Shown one piece after another: positions 8,807 to 17,755 of a stretch of DNA of 64,000 bases. The DNA lies in contig OZ243985.1 of NCBI GenBank assembly GCA_965214895.1, forward strand, positions 110,100-174,099, written 5' to 3'. Each line of letters opens with the position of its first letter. Position 1 is the first letter of the stretch. Source of the stretch: Caldilineaceae bacterium. Its GTDB lineage: Bacteria > Chloroflexota > Anaerolineae > Caldilineales > Caldilineaceae. The notes beneath the pieces are model-generated. The model did no database searches, was not told the origin of the DNA, and saw nothing but the letters and a program-made list of their open reading frames with translations. The translations under genes were made by a program, and so were the position numbers.

Positions 8807-10039
8807 ATGAGATCATCCACCGGCCGGTGGGCAAGCGGCGACGATTTTTTCGATCGCGCAGCCGAACTGCAAATCCTGGAATCCCGTATCTGCGACTTCA
8901 ATCATGTCCTGTTGACCGGACAGCGGCGCATGGGCAAGACCAGCATGGCACGGGAACTTGGCAGACGACTGGAGACAAAGGGGTGGGTCATGCTCTTCGC
9001 CGATGTCGAGGATGCAACTTGTGCCGAAGACACAATCGCCACCATTGCTGCCGCCGTGCACCCGGTGCGACCGATCGCGTCGCGTTTTGCGGCAGCAATG
9101 CAACGCTGGGTTCAGACCAATGTCGAGGAACTCAGTGCCTACGCCTTCCGAGTCAAGATCCGCGCGGGTCTGAGTGAAGGGAGTTGGCGGGGATACGGCG
9201 CGAAATTGCTGGGAGAATGTGCCCGTCATGATCAGCCGGTGCTCTTGGTTATCGATGAGCTGCCTATCTTTCTGAAGCGGATGCTCCGCCACGACAATGG
9301 CAAACAGCGGGTTGACGAGTGGTTGAGTTGGTTGCGGAGTGTGCTTCAAGGTCTCTCCGGTAAATCCCTGTCCCTCATCGTTTCCGGCAGTATCGGTCTC
9401 CAACCTTTGGTGCAACAGCTGGGATTGTCGGATCGCATCCACTATCTCTACATGTTTCGTCTGGGCCCCTGGAGCCGTGATTCGAGCATTGCATGTTTCC
9501 ACAGGCTGGCTGCGAGCCATGACATTTCAGTGGCGGATGGTGTGGCGGATGCGGTTTATGATGCCCTTGGCTTGGGTGTGCCGCACCACGTGCAATCCGT
9601 TTTCGCTCGTCTGCAGGATTTTGTCATCATGCAGGAGCGAGACCAAGTTTCGGTGCAGGATGTTCATCAGGTCTACCGCCATGAGCTTCTTGTTCCTGCC
9701 GGACAAAACGATCTTGTGCATTACGAAACGCACCTCAAGGAAGGCTTGGGTGACGAGAAGAATCACGCCTTTGCCATGGAAATTCTGGCGGAGGCCGCCA
9801 CGCAGGAATCGTTCACCCCTGATGCGCGGCACTGCCTCGCCAGGTTGTACTCGACCCTGGTCACCGATGCCCCGGAGCGTATTGCCAATGTGCTTGATGT
9901 CCTGGAGCATGACGGTTATCTCGAATCTGGCGACAATGGACATCGGGTTGCCTCGAAACTGCTTAAGGATTGGTGGGAGACACGCTTTCGCGATCACCAT
10001 CTGCCCCTCGTGAAGAGAGTGGGGAGTGTCAACGCATGA
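8807..10039 (+). CDS. P-loop NTPase (archaeal-type ATPase_2 / DUF234-like AAA ATPase with C-terminal winged-helix-like domain)
   Basis: Walker A 'LLTGQRRMGKTS', Walker B 'VLLVIDELP', C-terminal 'VLDVLEHDGYLESGDNGHRVASKLLKDWW'. I prefer ATG 8807, which has GGAGA 6 nt upstream. The track ORF opens at ATG 8786. Stop TGA at 10037-10039 overlaps the next gene's ATG. Confidence 0.8.
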   Translation: MRSSTGRWASGDDFFDRAAELQILESRICDFNHVLLTGQRRMGKTSMARELGRRLETKGWVMLFADVEDATCAEDTIATIAAAVHPVRPIASRFAAAMQRWVQTNVEELSAYAFRVKIRAGLSEGSWRGYGAKLLGECARHDQPVLLVIDELPIFLKRMLRHDNGKQRVDEWLSWLRSVLQGLSGKSLSLIVSGSIGLQPLVQQLGLSDRIHYLYMFRLGPWSRDSSIACFHRLAASHDISVADGVADAVYDALGLGVPHHVQSVFARLQDFVIMQERDQVSVQDVHQVYRHELLVPAGQNDLVHYETHLKEGLGDEKNHAFAMEILAEAATQESFTPDARHCLARLYSTLVTDAPERIANVLDVLEHDGYLESGDNGHRVASKLLKDWWETRFRDHHLPLVKRVGSVNA

Positions 10040-12909
10040 CAAAGGCCAGCGCAGTCGCATCCATGGATCGATCGATCCGCAAATTCAATCCGGGCACATT
10101 CCAATCCGATCAGGAGATCATCCAGCAATTTGTGGTCAGACAACGCGAGTTCAACACTGTACTGGAAGTGCTGCGTGACAACCTGGATGCATCATCGTGC
10201 CAGCACGTGTTGGTGGTTGCCCCGCGTGGTCAGGGCAAAACCATGTTGTTGGCTCGCATTGCTGCGGAGTTGCGCACCAACGGGACACTCTCCAGACACA
10301 TGTGGCCTGTCCGGTTGATGGAAGAGAGCCAGGAAATTTTCACTCTGGCTGACTTCTGGCTCGAAGCGCTTTTCTACCTGGCTCAGGAGTGTTCAGGCCG
10401 CAACCCCGAACTTGCCAGGGAATTGCGAGATGCGCACACGGCATTTGCCAAGCGGTGGCGTGAAGACAATTTGGAGCACTATGTGCGCGCTACGGTCCTG
10501 GAGGCTTCGGACCGACTCCACAAACGGCTTGTCCTCATGGTTGAGAACCTGCAGGAACTGTGCCGGAACGTGGACAATGACTTTGGATGGAAATTGCGCC
10601 AGACATTGCAGACCGAACCGCAAATCATGCTGCTGGCCACAGCCACCTGTCGGTTCAGGGAATTGGATGACGCAGAGCAATCCTTCTTCGAGCTCTTCCG
10701 CATTGTCCATCTGGAACCGTTGTCTACCTCAGAGTGCCAGCGCCTGTGGCAAGTGGCCAGTGCAGACCAGGCAACTGAAAGGGAGATCCGGCCTCTTGAA
10801 ATCCTGACCGGTGGAAGTCCCCGCCTTCTGGTCATCGTCGCCGGTTTCGCAAGGCACGGGTCATTGAATCAGTTGATGGAGGAGTTGGTACAGCTGATCG
10901 ACGACCACACTGAATATTTCCGCGGCCACCTGGAGATTCTGGCCAAGACCGAACGCCGCGTTTTTCTCGCCACCATGGACCTCTGGCAACCATCAAGCAC
11001 GGGAGAAATCGCTGCGCGGGCCCGGCTGGATGTACGGACCACATCCACCATGCTCGGAAGACTGGTTGAGCGCGGGGCTGTGGTCGCGGAAGGGGGCGGC
11101 GGCAAACGGCAGTACACAGCCGCGGAACGTCTCTACTGCATCTATTACAAGCTGCGGCGTGAACGAGACGAAGCTGCCATTGTGAGCAACCTGATTCACT
11201 TCATGGCGGTGTTTTACCGCGAAACCGAACTTGCCGAGATATTCGTCAGACTGGCCTTGGAGGCAGCCGTCTCATCCACGATTCAAGAGGGAATCGCGCG
11301 GGCCATGCACAATGATCCGCAGATTGTCAGTGTGTTCCGCGACGTGAGACTACCTGACATCGAGCCGGAAACCAACCAAGACATGGCGACAGCCATGGAA
11401 TTGTTGAGCGAAGGATACGGCCAGTGGAAACAGGGCAGGGCTTCAGAGGCGGTGGCAACCCTCAACAAGGCCATAGCGATCTGTTCTGATCGCGAAGATC
11501 CGAAATTCCAGAGTTTGGTCGCCGTGGCTTTTCTCGGAAAGGCTACGCTGAGTCAGGAACTCGGTGAACTTGAGACTGCGATAGAAGCTTACGATGAAGT
11601 GGTTGCCCGCCTTGGTGTCAGCAGTGTACTTGAGAGCCAAGTGACGGTCGCCAGAGCATTGGTTTGCACGGGATGTATACACCATCAGCTTGGCAACATA
11701 GAGGCGGCTATTGATGCCACCGCTACCGTAGTCCGGCTTTTCGGTTCCAACGGTGCACCCGAGCTCCAAAAACTGATGGCTCAATCCCTAGCCTTGCAAG
11801 GTGCTTGCCGAATAGAAGGCAGTGAATTCGAGCTAGCCATCACTGCCTTTGAGGCCATAGTCGAGCGGTTTGGTTCCAGCGATACTCCAGAACTTCAGAA
11901 ACAGGTTGCCGGGGCCTTGCTCGCCAAATGTATTTCTCAATTGGAGCTCGGTGCATTTGAGACAGCGGCAGTAACTTCAGACATATTGATCGAACAGTTT
12001 GGATCCAGCGATGCTCCAGAACTCCAGGAGCAGGTTGCCGGGGCCTTGTTCTACAAATGTATTTCTCAATTGAAGCTCGGTGCATTTGAGACAGCGGCAG
12101 TAACTTCAGACATATTGATCGAACAGTTTGGATCCAGCGATACTCCAGAACTCCAGGAGCAGGTTGCCTGGGCCTTGCTCTACAAAGGGCTGTTGCAATT
12201 CCACCTTGGGGAATTCAAGGCAGCAGTAGCAACCTATGACAACATGTTTGGGCGGTTTGGCTCCAGTAGTACCCCAGAACTCCAGCAATTGGCCGCGCAG
12301 GCACTAGTCACCAAATGCACGATGCAAAGGAGACTTCATAAATTCAAGGCCGCGTTGAAAACCGCAAAAGAGATGGTCAAGCATTTTGGTGCCAGTGATA
12401 CTCCGGAACTTCAGAAGTTAGTCGTGCAGATACTGATTGAGCAGGGAAGCGTACAAACTGCTATCGGCCATTCACGTAAAGCGTTGCGCACCTGCGACGA
12501 GCTCAATCACAGGCTCGGCATCTTGAAAAACCAACTGCACAGCCAGGTTGACACTGAATCAAGCAAACTCCAGTGGCAGTCAAGATGGGTCAGAACACAA
12601 GCGTTGCAGATCTGTGGAAGACAGGATCTTGCCATGGATACATTTCGCGTCGTATATGCCGAGTTTCAACCCGGCAGCGACAGCATGATGCGCGAAATGC
12701 AGGTGCAAGTTCTTGATCTGATAGCAAATGGCGCTTCGGTACACGATCTCGTCGAGATCCTTGAGACAGATACAAACAAATCGGAAACACTTGCGCCCCT
12801 TGTCTGTGCCCTGCACCAACTTGCCGGCAAGTTGGTGCGCGCGCCAGCGGAGGTACTGGCGGTCGCGGCTGACCTTCTGGCCCAGAGAGAGTTGAACCAG
12901 AAGACTTGA
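10036..12909 (+). CDS. STAND/ORC-like P-loop NTPase with winged helix and C-terminal 43-aa helical repeat array
   Basis: ATG 10036-10038 forms an ATGA overlap with the upstream stop, with GGGGAG 9 nt upstream. Walker A 'VVAPRGQGKTMLLA', Walker B 'LVLMVENLQ', wHTH-like 'STGEIAARARLDVRTTSTMLGRLVERGAV'. At least 7 tandem 43-aa repeats of the type 'FGSSDxPELQxxVAxAL...' follow. There is no recognisable effector domain. Confidence 0.8.
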   Translation: MTKASAVASMDRSIRKFNPGTFQSDQEIIQQFVVRQREFNTVLEVLRDNLDASSCQHVLVVAPRGQGKTMLLARIAAELRTNGTLSRHMWPVRLMEESQEIFTLADFWLEALFYLAQECSGRNPELARELRDAHTAFAKRWREDNLEHYVRATVLEASDRLHKRLVLMVENLQELCRNVDNDFGWKLRQTLQTEPQIMLLATATCRFRELDDAEQSFFELFRIVHLEPLSTSECQRLWQVASADQATEREIRPLEILTGGSPRLLVIVAGFARHGSLNQLMEELVQLIDDHTEYFRGHLEILAKTERRVFLATMDLWQPSSTGEIAARARLDVRTTSTMLGRLVERGAVVAEGGGGKRQYTAAERLYCIYYKLRRERDEAAIVSNLIHFMAVFYRETELAEIFVRLALEAAVSSTIQEGIARAMHNDPQIVSVFRDVRLPDIEPETNQDMATAMELLSEGYGQWKQGRASEAVATLNKAIAICSDREDPKFQSLVAVAFLGKATLSQELGELETAIEAYDEVVARLGVSSVLESQVTVARALVCTGCIHHQLGNIEAAIDATATVVRLFGSNGAPELQKLMAQSLALQGACRIEGSEFELAITAFEAIVERFGSSDTPELQKQVAGALLAKCISQLELGAFETAAVTSDILIEQFGSSDAPELQEQVAGALFYKCISQLKLGAFETAAVTSDILIEQFGSSDTPELQEQVAWALLYKGLLQFHLGEFKAAVATYDNMFGRFGSSSTPELQQLAAQALVTKCTMQRRLHKFKAALKTAKEMVKHFGASDTPELQKLVVQILIEQGSVQTAIGHSRKALRTCDELNHRLGILKNQLHSQVDTESSKLQWQSRWVRTQALQICGRQDLAMDTFRVVYAEFQPGSDSMMREMQVQVLDLIANGASVHDLVEILETDTNKSETLAPLVCALHQLAGKLVRAPAEVLAVAADLLAQRELNQKT
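11869..12255 (+). repeat. Three tandem 129-bp (43-codon) repeats inside the STAND gene
   Basis: Copies start at 11869, 11998 and 12127. Copies 1 and 2 differ at ~10 of 129 nt and share a block of >50 identical nt. Copy 3 matches copy 2 for ~60 nt and then diverges. More diverged 43-aa copies flank them. Confidence 0.9.
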
Positions 12910-13214
12910 ATCCCTTGCCGGAAAGTCCGATGTCATACTCCTTGTCCCAGATTCAATTTCAGAGTCCAAAACGAACAAGCTGTCCATGCTGTCTTGAGAA
13001 TGCATTCGGCAGCATGTACAGAAACAGCTTTTCGGTAGCACACACGGCAATGTGGCGGCGCGCTGTTGATCTTGGCCTGACGGCCTTGCGGTACGTGCTG
13101 CCAGGCAACTGTCTCAATCCAGCTTCCCACAGTCAGCTGTTCTACATTCGGAGCAGCCGCAGGAGCCAACCATGTTCAAGACCAACCCTATCCTGCTCTT
13201 CGGGACGATTTCGC

Positions 13215-13379
13215 GATCTTGACATCGTAGTTCCAGCGAGGAATCGCGTCGTTGAGTTCGCCAAAATTATGTCTGACATCATCCGTCAGGTGCGGTGCCT
13301 AAAGCGATTGACACTCAGGCTCTCTCAGGCCCGTGACCTGCTTCTCCCATGCCTGATGTCCAGGGAAGTGGCAGTGTGA
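13215..13379 (+). pseudogene. hsdS: Relic C-terminal fragment of a type I restriction-modification specificity subunit (HsdS)
   Basis: Translation 'DLDIVVPARNRVVEFAKIMSDIIRQVRCLKRLTLRLSQARDLLLPCLMSREVAV*' matches the conserved HsdS C-terminal helix and tail ('...L..LRDxLLPKLxSGEx.V'). No intact target-recognition domain lies upstream. Its TGA (13377-13379) overlaps a GTG (13376-13378) in the AlbA_2 frame. Confidence 0.5.
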
Positions 13380-15136
13380 ACCAGAACGCACTCTCCGACC
13401 TGGTCGCTCTGGGCGAAGGTTTCACGATTGAGTTCAAGCGTTCCGGCACGGACAAGCTTGGACGCGAAATATGCGCTTTTGCCAACGCCACCGGCGGCAC
13501 GATTCTGCTTGGTGTAGCGGATGACGGAGAAGTTTGCGGGATTGCCAACCACAATCGCTTGAAATCCGAAGTCCAGTCAATCGCCCGTTCAGCTGATCCA
13601 CCCATCGCGGTGGAGATTGAGAGTGTCGACCAGGTACTTTGTGTACGAGTGCCTGCTCAGCAGAGCAAGCCCTATTCGTTCGGGGGCCAGTTTTTCATCC
13701 GCGAGGGGGCAAGCAGCCAGCAAATGTCACGCGAGGAGATCCGCGAGTTCTTCTTCAAGGAAGAGCTCATCCGATTCGATGAAACACCATGCCGCAGCTT
13801 CGATTTGAAGAGGGACCTGACGGAGGAAAACTGGGAGCGGTTCGCGCAACGAGCAAGGCTTCCCGCAGGCCCGGAGCCGATCGCGACGCTACAGAACCTG
13901 CATTTGGTAAAAGCTGGAGAAATGACCCACGCCGGTGCATGGCTGCTCGCCGAGGACATCACACACCACACCCTGCAGGCGGGGGTGACCTGCGCGGTCC
14001 TCCGGGGCGTAACCAAGACCCACATCCTCGACCGGAAGGAGTTTACCGGCGACCTGTACTCCACGTTTGAGGATTGCATGGCGTATCTGCAGGCCAAGCT
14101 CAACACGGCTTTGATACCCCACGCACGGGGCAGGGACGAACAGCTCGAGCTTCCTGAAGATGCCTTGCGGGAAGCGCTGGTGAACGCTATCGCTCATCGG
14201 GACTATCGATCCACGGCGAATGTACAGGTCTACATCTTCCGTGACCGTTTGGAGATTGTGACTCCAGGTGGTCTGCCGGCAGGGATGCATAAAGAGGACC
14301 TGGGCACGAAAAGTGTCCCTCGGAATCCCCTGCTGTTCGGGATGTTCTACCGCATGGGGTTGGTCGAGCAGATCGGCAGTGGCATCCGGCGCATTCGCCA
14401 GTTGTGTCACGACTACAAGGTCGCCGAGCCACTGATCGATGTCTCCGAGAATTGGGTGACTACAGTGTTCGCCCGGCAGGGCGAACATGCTGCAGACCGG
14501 AGGCCCCAGCATGTCACCCCGCAAGTACCCTTTAGGTATCCGTCAAGTGCCCTGCAAGTCACCCCGCAAGTCAGAAACCTCATCCGCTGCCTGGACGGTG
14601 AGCATACACGCGCTGAAATCCTGCAGCGGCTGGGACTGAAGGATCGCACGAATCTGGCCAGGGAATACGTGCAACCGGCTCTTGCCGAAGGTCTCATCGA
14701 AATGACCATCCCGGACAAACCGCGGAGCAGCAAACAGAAATATCGTCTCACGGACAGGGGCCGGGAGTTGCAGGACCGCATCTCCGAGAATGGGGAAACA
14801 ACAGCGTTCGCCCGGCAGGTCGAACATGCTGCAGACCGGGGGCCCCAGCATGTCACCCCGCAAGTGACCGACAAGCATCCAACAAGTGCCCTGCAAGTCA
14901 CCCCGCAAGTCAGAAACCTCATCCACTGCCTGGACGGTGAGCATACACGCGCTGAAATCCTGCAGCGGCTGGGACTGAAGGATCGCACGAATCTGGCCAG
15001 GGAATACATGCAACCGGCTCTCGCCGGCGGTCTCATCGAAATGACCATCCCGGACAGACCCCGCAGCAGCAAACAGAAATATCGACTGACGGACAGGGGC
15101 CGGGAGTTGCAGGATCGCTTGCGGCAGGCGCGCTGA
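13349..15136 (+). CDS. Schlafen/AlbA_2 domain - HATPase_c_4 - wHTH protein ('RecG-like' putative DNA-binding regulator family)
   Basis: N-terminal AlbA_2 pattern 'GEGFTIEFKRS...REICAFANATGGTILLGVADDGEV'. Central 'LREALVNAIAHRDY...VPRNPLL...VEQIGSGIRRI'. C-terminal 'TPQV' repeats plus wHTH 'HTRAEILQRLGLKDRTNLAREY.QPAL..GLIEMTIPD.PRSSKQKYRLT'. The start is ATG 13349 or GTG 13376. Confidence 0.85.
   Translation: MPDVQGSGSVNQNALSDLVALGEGFTIEFKRSGTDKLGREICAFANATGGTILLGVADDGEVCGIANHNRLKSEVQSIARSADPPIAVEIESVDQVLCVRVPAQQSKPYSFGGQFFIREGASSQQMSREEIREFFFKEELIRFDETPCRSFDLKRDLTEENWERFAQRARLPAGPEPIATLQNLHLVKAGEMTHAGAWLLAEDITHHTLQAGVTCAVLRGVTKTHILDRKEFTGDLYSTFEDCMAYLQAKLNTALIPHARGRDEQLELPEDALREALVNAIAHRDYRSTANVQVYIFRDRLEIVTPGGLPAGMHKEDLGTKSVPRNPLLFGMFYRMGLVEQIGSGIRRIRQLCHDYKVAEPLIDVSENWVTTVFARQGEHAADRRPQHVTPQVPFRYPSSALQVTPQVRNLIRCLDGEHTRAEILQRLGLKDRTNLAREYVQPALAEGLIEMTIPDKPRSSKQKYRLTDRGRELQDRISENGETTAFARQVEHAADRGPQHVTPQVTDKHPTSALQVTPQVRNLIHCLDGEHTRAEILQRLGLKDRTNLAREYMQPALAGGLIEMTIPDRPRSSKQKYRLTDRGRELQDRLRQAR
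14468..15133 (+). repeat. Tandem duplication (2 x 339 bp) of the C-terminal wHTH module of the AlbA_2 gene
   Basis: Copy A spans 14468-14806 and copy B 14807-15133. The encoded 113-aa units differ at ~11 residues, and long DNA stretches are identical. Confidence 0.9.
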
Positions 15137-15743
15137 CCTCTCCCGGATCATCCAGGCGCTGCACGGGATTGTCGGTCAGAGCATCAACGTCACCGCTGCA
15201 GGGAACGGAGAAGATGGATGTCTCTACGTCATCTCGGCCATTGACTTTGCGAGGAAGAGGCTGACATATTGGATACGCTGAACGCGTGGGTGGCCGCGCA
15301 GGGAATGTCCCAAGGCCGAACAGGCTACTACCACGACTACCGGGGTGAGGAGACAGGAGCCCGGCCCGCCATATTCGACTTGGTGGCCCATGAGGCTGCA
15401 GGCTGGATTGAGCGAACCTGTAGTGGTGCTTCCAAACGCCTCTGAGAAATTCCGGAGATTGCCAGTGCAGCCGGACTTCGCTGTCTTGCCTCGGAGGCGA
15501 CTTTCCCGGAATATGTCCTGTCCGAGGCACTGGGAGAGGGGGCCTGAGGCGGTACAGGTCCCCAGGGCTGCCTGGATCCTGGCATGAGCCGATCCGGGTG
15601 TCTTGCCGGGAATCATCCGCCGGGATTGTCCCTGGCTGCCTGTGGGATGGCTGTCCGCACTGCCCGCAAGGACCCCCGGTCGACTGCAGAGGAGGCTGGG
15701 CCTGCACCACCACTGTATCCACGCAGTCGCTGAGGTTGCGGCA

Positions 15744-17132
15744 TCAAGTCGCGGCGGCTTGGTCCAAGACCTGCTCCCAATTTTGTTCGCGCAGGAGCTG
15801 GCCATCCCGAAACACGGGCTCCAGCAGATTGCGATCCGTATCCCGCAGTTGCGCCGCAGCCACCGTGCTAAAGGCCCCGGTCTGGACATCCCGCACCAGG
15901 GCCAGACGGCCGCTGCGGCTGTGTTTGGCGGGATCGGTGACGGGGCGTTTGTACACTCCCCGCGCCGCACCGTTCACTACGGCATGGCAGCACTTCATGG
16001 CCACGCGGAGGGTATCGCGCGTACATTCCTGCAACAGGCCACCGCCGGACCCGAACACCAGATTGTCCGTGCTCCAGCGGGCTTCCAGCAATGCGTCCAG
16101 AATGGCCGGCAGACTCCGGCGCGTTATGCCGTCGCCCTGGATCAGGCGAATGTGATCAGGCAGCAGGCGATAGCCTTTGGCATTGCGGATCGTGCCGAAG
16201 GCCTCGCCCAGCAGCTCCAGGCAATCCAGCAGCGTGGGGATGGGATCGCCGCTGTCCGGGCGCACCACCACGGTACCGGCGCGCGCTTGCACCTGATCCC
16301 GCAGCGCGGAGCCCCACAGTACGCGACAGGCCCGCCGGACATCCCAGGAATCGCTGACCACACTGACGATGCCCTCCGGGTATGCATTCAGAATATGGGC
16401 GAAGGCCTCCGCCTCGCCCTGCGGCCCCCAGGCTGTAATGGTGGAATGTTCGGCCGCGGGGACAGAATAGCCGGGCATGCCGGATCCATAGTACTGCTGC
16501 AGCAGCCGACAGGCCGCCAGCGTGTCCGTCCCCCGGAAGTGCAGCAGATGGGCCGCGCCCCCCAAGGCGGCTGATTCCTCGGAAGTGGATCCACGGTAGC
16601 CAAAGTCGTGCAGCTGAAACGGTACGCGGGCCGGATCGCCGGAACGTTCGGCCGCGGCCTGCAAGGTATCGTACTGCACCCGGCCCAGCGAGGCGATGGT
16701 AAGCGGATACCAGACCTGCACCAGCAGCGTTTCCAGATGGTTGGTCAGCCAGTGGCAGGCGGGATCGGTATTGCGGATGGTGAGCAGGACATGGCCGGTC
16801 GGCACGCGTTGGCCCTCCCGCACCGCCCAGATTTCCACCGGCAACCGGCCGGCATGGCGGTCCAGGATATGTTGCCAGCCGGCACCCGGCCACACATCCT
16901 GTCCGAAGTGGGCCTGGCAGAACCGGTGTGCCTGCCGGATCCGGTCCGCGGTGACACGGATACCGGTCATGTAACGCTTGAGCAGGTACTGGAGACCAAA
17001 GAACACCGTGTGATTGCATTCCCCTCCGCAGCGCGCCTCAAGATAGGACTCGATCTCGGTGGTGCCGGGGGGATACATGCGCCAATGCGTCTGTTTGTAG
17101 CTGTCGGTTTGCAGAAGTATGTTGTCTTGCAT
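15744..17132 (-). CDS. nadV: Nicotinamide phosphoribosyltransferase (NAMPT)
   Basis: Motifs 'ILLQTDSYKQTHW', 'HDFGYRGS', 'PAAEHSTITAW', 'VVRPDSGDP', 'IQGDGI', 'FGSGGGLLQ'. I prefer ATG 17130-17132 ('MQDNILL'). The track ORF opens at GTG 17144. Confidence 0.9.
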   Translation of the reverse strand: MQDNILLQTDSYKQTHWRMYPPGTTEIESYLEARCGGECNHTVFFGLQYLLKRYMTGIRVTADRIRQAHRFCQAHFGQDVWPGAGWQHILDRHAGRLPVEIWAVREGQRVPTGHVLLTIRNTDPACHWLTNHLETLLVQVWYPLTIASLGRVQYDTLQAAAERSGDPARVPFQLHDFGYRGSTSEESAALGGAAHLLHFRGTDTLAACRLLQQYYGSGMPGYSVPAAEHSTITAWGPQGEAEAFAHILNAYPEGIVSVVSDSWDVRRACRVLWGSALRDQVQARAGTVVVRPDSGDPIPTLLDCLELLGEAFGTIRNAKGYRLLPDHIRLIQGDGITRRSLPAILDALLEARWSTDNLVFGSGGGLLQECTRDTLRVAMKCCHAVVNGAARGVYKRPVTDPAKHSRSGRLALVRDVQTGAFSTVAAAQLRDTDRNLLEPVFRDGQLLREQNWEQVLDQAAAT

Positions 17133-17755
17133 GGCAATGGACACCGGATATCTGGCGTTGTCAAAGCTTCATCCCGGGAGTCCGGACCGCAGAAATCCTG
17201 GACAGTCAGCCGGTACGTAATTATGGCCTTTTTCCTCTCATGCTCTCCAAGCGGACCTCCCAGGGGATCGACATCCAGGCACCCGTCAGTTTCCGCGCAG
17301 CCCTGCAGGCAGGACAAGGCTGGCAATCCGCGGCCCGGCCCGCTCCGGGCTGCCCGGATCAAGGCAGAAGGCGGAGACGGGTTGGGGGGAACCGGCAGTG
17401 CTCCGCCCCTGCTGCCTCCGCGGCCGCACTCGCTGCTTTGCTGCCCGCCGGTTGAAACACGGGAGGCCCGCCCATGACAAGTGCAAACGTACGGACATGC
17501 CTGTTTCCGCAGCTCCACGCCCGGGGACATTTTCTTCCCCATGCCTTCCTGTCAACCGGCCGGCTGACGGGTTACCTGCAGCCCGGTACAGTGCAGCAAA
17601 TTCCGGGATCCGGTCCCGGCAGGTGGCCGGACGCTCCAGAGTCACTGCTGTAGCGCCGTCCATAGCCCGCAGGCTGCAACCCATACCGGTCTGTTTCCGA
17701 GCTGGCCTTTCTGGTACCATTCCTGCTCTTTGCCGCCCACAGACAGGTTCCGGTC

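Noticed and set aside
11869-15133. Tandem repeats (129 bp x3, 339 bp x2 and, elsewhere, 42 bp x3 at 49778-49903) were considered as possible CRISPR arrays.
   Set aside because: The repeats are directly adjacent with no unique spacers. They are in frame inside long ORFs and encode protein repeats. No cas genes are present.
17145-17755. The 610-bp divergent region between nadV and the ABC transporter was examined for an NAD-related riboswitch or hidden gene.
   Set aside because: It contains no recognisable motif, only shadow ORFs. Nothing is supportable without covariance-model searches.
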